Source: Thermoplasmatota archaeon (lineage in GTDB: Archaea; Thermoplasmatota; E2; JACPAO01; JAHFTW01). From it: a stretch of DNA of 63,603 nucleotides. The stretch spans positions 1 through 63,603 of the forward strand of contig JBFIHX010000014.1 in assembly GCA_041601615.1 (NCBI GenBank), in the 5' to 3' direction. Below the pieces are notes generated by a model. It had not been told where the DNA came from and made no database searches. It saw nothing but the letters and a program-made list of their open reading frames with translations. This document shows positions 56,151 to 63,603 of the stretch, piece by piece. The position numbers were made by a program, and so were the translations under genes. The stretch's first letter is position 1, and each line of letters starts with the position of its first letter.

Positions 56151-56882
56151 ATGGACTGGATCATCGAGCGACTTGAGCACTGCGACTCCACCATGGACGA
56201 AGCAGTGGCGCGAGCCAAGGCAGGTGCGCCGGCGGGCACGGTCGTACTTGCCACCCACATGGATGAGGGCCGGGGACGGCACGGTCGTTCCTGGGCCAGC
56301 CCCGAGGGCGGGCTGTACCTCAGCCTCGTATTGCGCGACTTGCCCGATCCTCGCTTTTTGACGATGGCACTTGGCAATGCCGTCGCGGATGCTTTGGAGG
56401 TCGCGGGAGCAGAACCGCGCCTGAAATGGGTCAACGATGTGTTCGTAGCAGATCGCAAAATTGCGGGCATCCTGGTGGAAGCAGAATCCACAGGCGACCA
56501 CATCGATTTCGTGGTCGCCGGCATCGGTATCAACGTCAACGGCAGCGCTGCCGACTGGGGCACGCCACTTTCTGAGTCGGCCACGACGCTGCAGGATGTG
56601 CTCGGAGCGGAAGTGTGCATGGAGGACCTTGAAGCGCTGCTCTTGGACGAAGTGGCTCGTTGGATCGAGGTGGTCCGACAAGGCCGAGGCGAAGAGGTTC
56701 TGGCCGCGTGGCGCGCACGGGAGTACCTCGTGGGAAAACGCATCGGGCTCGATCCGGATGGCGACTTGTGCTCCAAAATCGTGGGCGTGGTGCAAGGCGT
56801 CGATGAGATGGGGCGGTTGCTACTCGAAACGGACGACGGAGTCCAAGCATTCGACGACGGCACAATCTTTACCATGGAGTAA
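56151..56882 (+). CDS. birA: Biotin-protein ligase (no HTH)
   Basis: GRGRHGRSW, KWVND, KIAGILVE, GIGINV. Confidence 0.93.
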   Translation: MDWIIERLEHCDSTMDEAVARAKAGAPAGTVVLATHMDEGRGRHGRSWASPEGGLYLSLVLRDLPDPRFLTMALGNAVADALEVAGAEPRLKWVNDVFVADRKIAGILVEAESTGDHIDFVVAGIGINVNGSAADWGTPLSESATTLQDVLGAEVCMEDLEALLLDEVARWIEVVRQGRGEEVLAAWRAREYLVGKRIGLDPDGDLCSKIVGVVQGVDEMGRLLLETDDGVQAFDDGTIFTME

Positions 56883-56957
56883 TGTTTCTCGTTTGTCGCG
56901 TAGCGAGAAACGAGGAGCCTAAGAAAGGACTACGATATGCGCCCGAATCGCCGCAGG

Positions 56958-57191
56958 ATGAAACTCATCCCCCTGTTTGCCATCGCGGCCTGCCTGCTCA
57001 TGATCGTCCCCGGCGCTACCGCAAGCGAACGCCCCCAATTCGACGCCGCCGCGCCCTGTCCGTCCATCACCAGCATTGGCGTGGTTCCGTACGCCATCTG
57101 CATGATCACCGTCGCCGCTGAACTCGCCGAAAACTCCGTGATTCTGGTCTGCGACACCGTGTTCGGCCCGAACACCTGCTCCAAGCCGTAA
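56958..57191 (+). CDS. Small secreted 4-Cys peptide
   Basis: Signal peptide ending PGATA; four mature Cys; pyrimidine tract downstream. Confidence 0.65.
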   Translation: MKLIPLFAIAACLLMIVPGATASERPQFDAAAPCPSITSIGVVPYAICMITVAAELAENSVILVCDTVFGPNTCSKP

Positions 57192-57337
57192 GCACAGCAA
57201 GGTCGTCGTTCCGCGACACCATCGTAACGCTTCGCTCACCCACCCTTCTCCCCCTTCCTTCCTGAATCCGGCTTCGACAAATGTCGACGTGCCCTTCGCC
57301 ACCCTTTAAGCACCCCTCCAAATGGGAAGTTCATCCC

Positions 57338-58396
57338 ATGGCCGTCGGCATCATTAGTTACGGCGCGTACGTCCCCCGCTACCGCATCCGCAGCGAGGAA
57401 ATCGCCCGCGTCTGGGGCGACGACGCAAACATTGGCCGTGCCTTGGACGTGCACGAAAAATCGGTGCCTGGCGTAGACGAAGACGTAGCAACCATCAGCG
57501 TCGAAGCCGCCCGACAAGCAATGCGCCGCGCCCCCACCGGCCCCGACGACATCGGCGCCATCTACGTCGGCAGCGAATCCCACCCCTACGCCGTCAAGCC
57601 CACCGGAACCGTCGTCCAAGCAGCCATCGAAGCCGGGCCCTACCTGACCATGGCCGACTACGAATTTGCCTGCAAAGCCGGCACCGCGGCCATCCAGACC
57701 GGCATGGGACTCGTCCAATCGGGCATGGCCAAAACCGTGCTCGCCATCGGCGCCGACACCAGCCAAGGCGCCCCCAGCAACGCCCTCGAATACAGCGCAA
57801 GTGCCGGCGGTGCTGCGTTCTTGATCGGCGGCGACAAGAAACACATCCTCGCCGAACTGCACCACACCGTCAGCTTCACCTCCGACACCCCCGACTTCTG
57901 GCGCCGCGAGGGACAAAAATACCCCAGCCACGGCGAACGATTCACGGGCGTTCCCGCGTACTTTCGCCACGTCCAAGCCGCCAGCGAACGGTTGATGTCC
58001 GACATGAAGACCAAGCCCAGCGACTACGACCACTGCGTCTTCCACCAACCCAACGGCAAATTCCCCGCCAACGTCGGCCGCAAACTCGGCTTCACGCCCG
58101 AGCAATGGAAACACGGCCTGCTTGCCCCTCGCATCGGCAACACCTACAGCGGCGCCGCCCTCCTAGGCCTTGCCAACATCCTCGACCACGCCGCGCCCGG
58201 CGACCGCGTCTTCATGTGCGGCTACGGATCGGGCGCCGGTAGCGACGCCTTCGACCTCACCGTCACCAAAAATATCAGCAATTTCGACCGCAGCAAGCAA
58301 GAGCTTCTGGAGACACGGCTTGCCGACACCACCGAACTGGACTACGCCATGTACGCCAAGCTGCGCGGAAAACTGGTCATGGCCGGAGGTGCCTAA
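57338..58396 (+). CDS. Hydroxymethylglutaryl-CoA synthase (archaeal type)
   Basis: [43 protein letters not shown]. Confidence 0.96.
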   Translation: MAVGIISYGAYVPRYRIRSEEIARVWGDDANIGRALDVHEKSVPGVDEDVATISVEAARQAMRRAPTGPDDIGAIYVGSESHPYAVKPTGTVVQAAIEAGPYLTMADYEFACKAGTAAIQTGMGLVQSGMAKTVLAIGADTSQGAPSNALEYSASAGGAAFLIGGDKKHILAELHHTVSFTSDTPDFWRREGQKYPSHGERFTGVPAYFRHVQAASERLMSDMKTKPSDYDHCVFHQPNGKFPANVGRKLGFTPEQWKHGLLAPRIGNTYSGAALLGLANILDHAAPGDRVFMCGYGSGAGSDAFDLTVTKNISNFDRSKQELLETRLADTTELDYAMYAKLRGKLVMAGGA

Positions 58397-59577
58397 TGGT
58401 CCACAAGACACCCCAAGCCTACGTCATCGGAGCCGCGCACACTCCCTTCGGTGAGCTCTGGGACAAGAGCTACCGCGACCTCATGACCGACGCGGGCCTC
58501 GCCGCCATCCAAGACGCCGGCCTTGCCGGCGAGCGCATCGACGAAGTGTTCGTCGGAACCATGAGCACCGGTCGACTCGTGGGCCAAGAACACGTCGCAA
58601 GCCTGCTATTGGACGGCGCCGGCCTCGCCGACCGACACCTTCCCGCCACCCGCGTGGAAGCAGCCGGTGCCAGTGGCGGCCTCGCGTTCCGGCAAGGCGT
58701 CCAAGCGATCCGCAGCGGCGCTTCAGACATCGTGGTCATCGGAGGCCTAGAAAAAATGACGGACGTATCCGACGCGGACCAAGCCGCCGTCACCGCAAGC
58801 GGCATCGACCAAGAGTGGGAACATTTCTTTGGCGCCACCGACGCCGCCCTCCATGCGCTCATCACCAAGCGCCACATGCACCAATTCGGCACCACCCGCG
58901 AACAACTGGCCGAAGTGGCCGTCAAAAACCACGCACACGGCGTCAAGAACCCCCTTGCCCAGTTCCGCCGCGCCATCACCCTCGAGACCGTCCTCAAAGC
59001 GCCACTGGTCGCCGACCCGCTCGGCATGTTTGACTGCGCACCCACCAGCGACGGCGCCGCCTGCGTCGTACTGTGCTCCGATGCAGTCGTCGAGTCGTTC
59101 AAGCGCCCCGTCCAAGTCAGCGGAAGCGGCCAAGCAAGCGACACGCTCGGCCTTGCCAGCCGCGCCGATTTGACCACCTGGCGCGCCACCGAGCACGCCG
59201 CCCGCCGGGCCTACCAAGAAGCCGGCATCAGCGCCGCCGACATCCAACTTGCAGAAGTGCACGACGCCTACACCATCACGGAGCTCTTGGCCATCGAAGA
59301 CCTTGGGCTCGTCAAGAAAGGAGACGGCGGCACCGCAACATCCGAGGGCCGAACCGGATACGGCGGCGATGTGGTCGTCAACCCCAGTGGTGGGCTCAAA
59401 GCGCGGGGCCACCCAGTGGGAGCCACCGGCATTGCCCAAATCGTCGAACTCACCGCACACCTGCGCCGCGAGGCCGGCGACCGCCAAGTGCACGACGCCA
59501 GCATTGCCGTTGCCCACAACACCGGAGGCACCGGAGCAACCGCCGTCGTCCATGTACTCGAACGGGGGGTGGCATAG
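58396..59577 (+). CDS. SCP2-type thiolase-family protein (acetoacetyl-CoA thiolase position; nucleophile Cys absent)
   Basis: GLEKMTD, SDGAA, EVHDAY, NPSGGLKARGHPVGATG; RVEAAGASG in place of RVEAACASG. Confidence 0.9.
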   Translation: MVHKTPQAYVIGAAHTPFGELWDKSYRDLMTDAGLAAIQDAGLAGERIDEVFVGTMSTGRLVGQEHVASLLLDGAGLADRHLPATRVEAAGASGGLAFRQGVQAIRSGASDIVVIGGLEKMTDVSDADQAAVTASGIDQEWEHFFGATDAALHALITKRHMHQFGTTREQLAEVAVKNHAHGVKNPLAQFRRAITLETVLKAPLVADPLGMFDCAPTSDGAACVVLCSDAVVESFKRPVQVSGSGQASDTLGLASRADLTTWRATEHAARRAYQEAGISAADIQLAEVHDAYTITELLAIEDLGLVKKGDGGTATSEGRTGYGGDVVVNPSGGLKARGHPVGATGIAQIVELTAHLRREAGDRQVHDASIAVAHNTGGTGATAVVHVLERGVA

Positions 59578-59976
59578 GTGTCCGTTCCCCGATTCTGGCG
59601 TGAAATTCCGCAACGCTACAACCTACGCGCAAGCAAATGCAGCGTCTGCGAAGCCGTCCACTACCCACCGCGCAGTGTCTGTCCCGAGTGCCGCCGCGCC
59701 AGCATCGACAAAATGCAAGACGTGAAACTGGCAGGAGTCGGCACCATCCTCGAATGGACCCGAGTGCACAAGGCGGCGCCCGGCTACGAAAAACAGGTAC
59801 CGTACGCCCTCGCGCTGATCCAAACCCCCGAAGGACCAGTCGTGACCGGCCAAATCGTCGACCACGACGGGCGCGAAGTAAAAGCCGGCGCTGCCGTGAA
59901 GGCCGTATTCCGCCGCCTCGGTGAAGACGGCGACGCGGGCGTCATCTACTACGGGATGAAATGGGTGCTCCAGTAA
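59578..59976 (+). CDS. DUF35 Zn-ribbon/OB-fold protein
   Basis: CSVC...PPRSVCPEC, VPYALA, IYYGMKW; follows the thiolase. Confidence 0.93.
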   Translation: MSVPRFWREIPQRYNLRASKCSVCEAVHYPPRSVCPECRRASIDKMQDVKLAGVGTILEWTRVHKAAPGYEKQVPYALALIQTPEGPVVTGQIVDHDGREVKAGAAVKAVFRRLGEDGDAGVIYYGMKWVLQ

Positions 59977-59985
59977 GCGCCTGAA

Positions 59986-60285
59986 TCAGGTTCGTTCCTG
60001 GCGTTCGCGGGCGATGGCTCGCTGCAAAATTTCCCGGTATTCGCGGGGCAAGCTGTCTTTGATGACCGCCTCCACAACCTCCGCTCCTAGCTCCGCTGTG
60101 GACCACAGGGCGCGCACGCCTAGATGCAGGTGCACGAGCCGCAGTTGCTCAATGATGGCATGACGGGCAAATTCCGAGAGTGAACGGAAGCCCAGTTCTG
60201 GATGGTCCCGGATAATCGCCACGACTTCCTTTGCCAGATCTGCCGGTAGGCCGGCCTGTCGAAAATTGCCTCCAGATTCTCCCAC
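59986..60285 (-). CDS. Ribbon-helix-helix (CopG-like) protein
   Basis: LPADLAKEV...GFRSLSEFARHAI; AT-rich promoter at 60315-60330. Confidence 0.65.
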   Translation of the reverse strand: MGESGGNFRQAGLPADLAKEVVAIIRDHPELGFRSLSEFARHAIIEQLRLVHLHLGVRALWSTAELGAEVVEAVIKDSLPREYREILQRAIARERQERT

Positions 60286-60449
60286 AAATAGCCCCTAAGA
60301 TGCCCCCAGTAATGCCATAAATATATAATCTACCCCAAATATCATGGATATCGCTGACACATGGCGGGGGCCGCGCCCACTGCCGGTATCAGCAAGTGGC
60401 CCGCTTTCGAATCAACTGCCACTCCGACTGCTATGAACGCCCAACTATC

Positions 60450-60584
60450 ATGCCGAAGAGACCTCCAAAAACAGATCCGAACCCCAGCCTCCTTGAACGT
60501 CAAGCAGCACGACACGCGCTTGTCCGGTTCGTCCACCGGGCACTCGAATATCTTGTCGGCCTGCTGGCTGGGCTGCTCTGGTAA
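60450..60584 (+). CDS. Possible 44-aa membrane-anchored peptide
   Basis: MPKRPPK...ALEYLVGLLAGLLW; short and unsupported by homology. Confidence 0.3.
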   Translation: MPKRPPKTDPNPSLLERQAARHALVRFVHRALEYLVGLLAGLLW

Positions 60585-60720
60585 AACAACCGACGCCGCC
60601 GCACACTCGACGCCCATCATTGCCCCACCGAACCCCATCACCACCAAGGGCCGGCGGAACTTTTCCCTCTCTTCCTCTTGAAAGGACAAACCGGAGGGCC
60701 GCCCCTCCTCTTGGGTTGAA

Positions 60721-60794
60721 TGGGGAAGGGGGGACTTGAACCCCCGATCTGCGGATTATGAGTCCGCCGCCCTAACCAACTAGGCCACTTCCCC
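60721..60794 (-). tRNA. tRNA with CAT anticodon (non-initiator; probably tRNA-Ile2, alternatively elongator Met)
   Basis: Acceptor GGGGAAG/CTTCCCC-A, anticodon arm GCGGA-CTCATAA-TCCGC; no A1-U72 and no three G-C pairs. Confidence 0.9.
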
Positions 60795-60829
60795 AGGGGG
60801 GACCCACGAGGGTCGCGAATGAGAAAAAG

Positions 60830-60902
60830 TGGAGTGGGAGGGATTTGAACCCCCGGCCTCGTCCATGCCAAGGACGCGATCTTCCAACTGATCTACCACC
60901 CC
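60830..60902 (-). tRNA. tRNA-Ala(GGC)
   Basis: Acceptor GGGGTGG/CCACTCC-A with G3-U70; anticodon arm CGTCC-TTGGCAT-GGACG. Confidence 0.96.
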
Positions 60903-61218
60903 TTGAGGACAGCCCGGAATGACCGGTCTGTTCAGGGTCGTTTCCGGGTGCGCCCCGGGAACAATCCGGCCCAGCCGAGTCCCCTATATGAGAACTGCGG
61001 GATGACTGAACCGGCCAAGGGACCTAACCAGCACATTGCGACCTATCGTACGCAGGCACTGCATCGGCTGAAATGAGGCCTGCGTGGGCTGTTTTGTCCG
61101 CGCCGAGAAGGAGTTCAAGCGCCGAATTTAGGCGCGCACTATTTCGAGAGATTGCGAAATTCGGCGTTGATTGTTCATCCCGAATCAAATTGAAGTTCAA
61201 AGCCTCGATTCCCCACGC

Positions 61219-61428
61219 ATGAAGTTCATACTTCTACTCACGGCACTCCTAGTGCTTGGACTCGCCACTGCACCCGCGCAAGCCGGAGCAGCCGAAGAAC
61301 TGGCGTCAAGCAACGCGCCCGACTGCAACGGTGTTGTTCTTGGCAACAAATTCACCGGATCTTGCAGCTACGGCTGCTACGGCGAAGTGTTCGTCAACGG
61401 CAACTGGTTTGCAAGCTGGACTTGCTAA
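61219..61428 (+). CDS. Small secreted 4-Cys peptide
   Basis: Signal peptide ending APAQA; mature part CNG...CSYGC...WTC ends in Cys; TTCAAA promoter-like box upstream and pyrimidine tract downstream. Confidence 0.7.
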   Translation: MKFILLLTALLVLGLATAPAQAGAAEELASSNAPDCNGVVLGNKFTGSCSYGCYGEVFVNGNWFASWTC

Positions 61429-61678
61429 ACGCCGTCCACCCCACCCCCCAACACCCTCCTTCTTCCTTTGCGACCCACCCCGATTTTCTGGAAGCCGTTC
61501 GCGACGAATGCGTTCAAGAATGCAACCTAACGCGGCCCATTCCAACCATGGGGTACGAAGGCGCGCAACGCCGCTTCCCGGCCACCGAGACGCCTGATAC
61601 CCGCGAGGTTCCGCACCTGCGCAATCAGGGTAACAAAACAACCATTGGAGCTAACCGGCCCATGCCCATTGCGAACTG

Positions 61679-63235
61679 ATGCAACGTTCCGTGCTTCGGC
61701 CTGCAACCATGGCTTCCATACTCCTCCTAACTTCTCTCGCGATTGCTCCGTCCGCAGAAGCATACACGAGCTTCCAAAACATCCAGAGCGCAGGACCCAT
61801 CACGGACGTCTTGGTGGGCAAGGACCTGAGTTGTCAATTTTTCCACAAGCACGACATCGAAGGAGAGGCCTTCCCGCCGTTCACGTATGGCTCCCAAACA
61901 AAGTCGCTCGGCGACTGCGGCACGTTCCTACGGGTAGGCTCCACCACCTACGGCCCCGACTTCCTCAACCATCGAGGCGCCACGACGCAAGCCAAGAACG
62001 CCGTAGACGCCGCTTGGAGCCTCGTGAGCCAAACCGGAATTTCCTACTCCGGCTCCACGTACTCCGTCACCACCGTCGCGAATGCCGGATCCACGGGACT
62101 CCGCGCCACCCAAACTGACACCTACGCACCAGGAACAGACTTCGTGCGCACCAGCGTCAACATCCAAAACACGGGCCCCACCAGCACATTCGTAATCCTG
62201 TACCGCGCCGTCGACTGCTATCTAAGCAACAGCGACCGCGGACAAGGCGAATTCAACTACTACGCCAGCGGCGAAGTCGCCTGCACCAATTTCCGCGGCG
62301 CCGGCCAAGCAAAGCGATCCATGGAACTGGACCCAGTCAGCAGCGGCAGCCAATACCAGGAAGCGTTCTTCGCAGACATCTGGAGCCAAATTGAGCAAGG
62401 CAACTACTTCACCAACACCGTACGCACCGACAGCCACGACGTCGGCATGGGCCTCAGTTGGGGCTTTACCTTGCCTGGATACAGCAGCATCACCAAGACC
62501 TCCGACATGCGATTCCGAATCCCACCCGTAGCAACATGTCAAGCCAACACCATCGAAGACAGCCGAGACGCCGTCCAAAAACCGGGACTCATTCAAGGCT
62601 CTGCCCGGGCCCACCACGAAGGAACCTCCGGCACCCCCTCCACCCTCGGCACCGACCTGTTTGCCCAACCATACCCGCTCGGCAACAGCCAACACCGAGA
62701 CAACAACCACGGCAGCATGCCGCTTGTCGGCGACCTCTTCCTCGACTGGCACTTCATCCACGCCGAATGCGGCGCCTCCGCCTACCGAGGAACCTCCTCC
62801 AGCAGCCAGCACGCCGTCGGAAGCGCGTCCCTCGGCTCGTTCACCATTCGCGACGGCAGCACCCAACTGATGCGCGGCGAGAGCCTGCAATTCGACGCGA
62901 TGGCATACGGGACCGACACCTACACGCGAGGCGCATTCCGTTGCTTTGTTGGCGAACTCCAAAACACGCTGATCTCCGGCATGGATTTCTGCACCACGCC
63001 CAACTTCGGAATCGACCTAGGTCCGTTGGAAATCACCATCAACGAACAGCGAAACCTGGCAGAGAAGGCCAACCCGTGGCTCTACGGCGGATCCATGCTG
63101 CACATACGCTTCCATGACGGCACCGAGTACCAAGACGTCCGCCTCGGCTCCGTCATCGTCGGAGCTTCCGGTGGCACGCCATACCCAGCCCAATGGGTTC
63201 GTCCGACGCATGCCAATGACGGACTTCTCAGCTAG
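61679..63235 (+). CDS. Secreted beta-rich protein; C-terminus resembles choice-of-anchor P domains
   Basis: Signal peptide ending APSAEA; Ser/Thr/Gly-rich; C-terminal ITINEQ...LHIRF...DVRLG; start may be 61709. Confidence 0.68.
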   Translation: MQRSVLRPATMASILLLTSLAIAPSAEAYTSFQNIQSAGPITDVLVGKDLSCQFFHKHDIEGEAFPPFTYGSQTKSLGDCGTFLRVGSTTYGPDFLNHRGATTQAKNAVDAAWSLVSQTGISYSGSTYSVTTVANAGSTGLRATQTDTYAPGTDFVRTSVNIQNTGPTSTFVILYRAVDCYLSNSDRGQGEFNYYASGEVACTNFRGAGQAKRSMELDPVSSGSQYQEAFFADIWSQIEQGNYFTNTVRTDSHDVGMGLSWGFTLPGYSSITKTSDMRFRIPPVATCQANTIEDSRDAVQKPGLIQGSARAHHEGTSGTPSTLGTDLFAQPYPLGNSQHRDNNHGSMPLVGDLFLDWHFIHAECGASAYRGTSSSSQHAVGSASLGSFTIRDGSTQLMRGESLQFDAMAYGTDTYTRGAFRCFVGELQNTLISGMDFCTTPNFGIDLGPLEITINEQRNLAEKANPWLYGGSMLHIRFHDGTEYQDVRLGSVIVGASGGTPYPAQWVRPTHANDGLLS

Positions 63236-63309
63236 GCTCGGCCAAGTTCCTGGTGCCGCCCGCATGGCTGGTGGGGCGGGCGGGCGCGGCTATTGTGCCT
63301 AGTGATCAG

Positions 63310-63603
63310 CCACGCTGTTCGACCACCGCACCAAGGCAGCACCAAACCGAGGGAGCTTCGCCCCCTTCGCAACCCCGGATGCGTGGCGCTCGCTGGCGCT
63401 CAACCACGCTGTTCGACCACCGCAGGTTTAGAACAGCAAACCGAGCGAAGAAAGCTCGGCGGTGATCTTGTCTACCGAGGGAGCTTCGCCCCCTTCGCAA
63501 CCCCGGATGCGTGGCGCTCGCTGGCGCTCAACCACGCTGTTCGACCACCGCAGGTTTAGAACAGCAAACCGAGCGAAGAAAGCTCGGCGGTGATCTTGTC
63601 TAC
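63310..63603. repeat. 128-bp perfect tandem repeat with internal palindromes (runs off the window end)
   Basis: Units 63346-63473 and 63474-63601 are identical; partial copy CCACGCTGTTCGACCACCGCA at 63310; hairpins GCGTGG..CCACGC and CCGAGC-GAAGAAA-GCTCGG. Confidence 0.85.

Noticed and set aside
60721-60794. Initiator tRNA-Met
   Set aside because: Lacks A1-U72 and the three consecutive G-C pairs in the anticodon stem.
63310-63603. CRISPR array
   Set aside because: Units are identical over 128 bp with no unique spacers, and no cas genes are in the window.

Overview
A GC-rich, gene-dense archaeal chromosome segment, most consistent with a Thermoplasmatota lineage. Markers are eS8, SRP19, XPD, the HMG-CoA synthase/thiolase/DUF35 trio, an Hps-RraA fusion, PGF-CTERM-like tails, TATA-type promoters and intron-less tRNAs without a full encoded CCA. 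Housekeeping content: GT4/GH57 alpha-glucan genes, rpe, bcp, MscS, ABC, RND/MMPL and NSS transporters, dinB, uppS, birA, mce and six tRNAs (His, Asn, Leu, Phe, CAU, Ala). The secreted/surface complement is large: seven lipobox proteins (including three His-rich LVIVD-type propellers, an Asp-box propeller and a subtilase), a second subtilase, three PGF-CTERM-like proteins and six small secreted Cys-rich proteins. Defence content: two convergent toxin-antitoxin pairs and a DUF4011-helicase-nuclease next to tRNA-Leu. Best candidates for undescribed biology: (1) a coupled V4R-like/wHTH/KaiC-like ATPase/stand-alone 7TM operon behind an orphan multi-PAS kinase; (2) two accessory segments carrying secreted disulfide-type proteins, each bounded by a structured non-coding element that shares a covarying hairpin; (3) a circularly permuted cupredoxin; (4) a mevalonate-cluster thiolase lacking its nucleophilic Cys; (5) a probable CTG-start zinc-ribbon XPD; (6) strand skew that alternates every ~12-15 kb partly independent of gene direction. 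All calls come from reading motifs by eye. No searches or folding programs were run, and several start codons are estimates.
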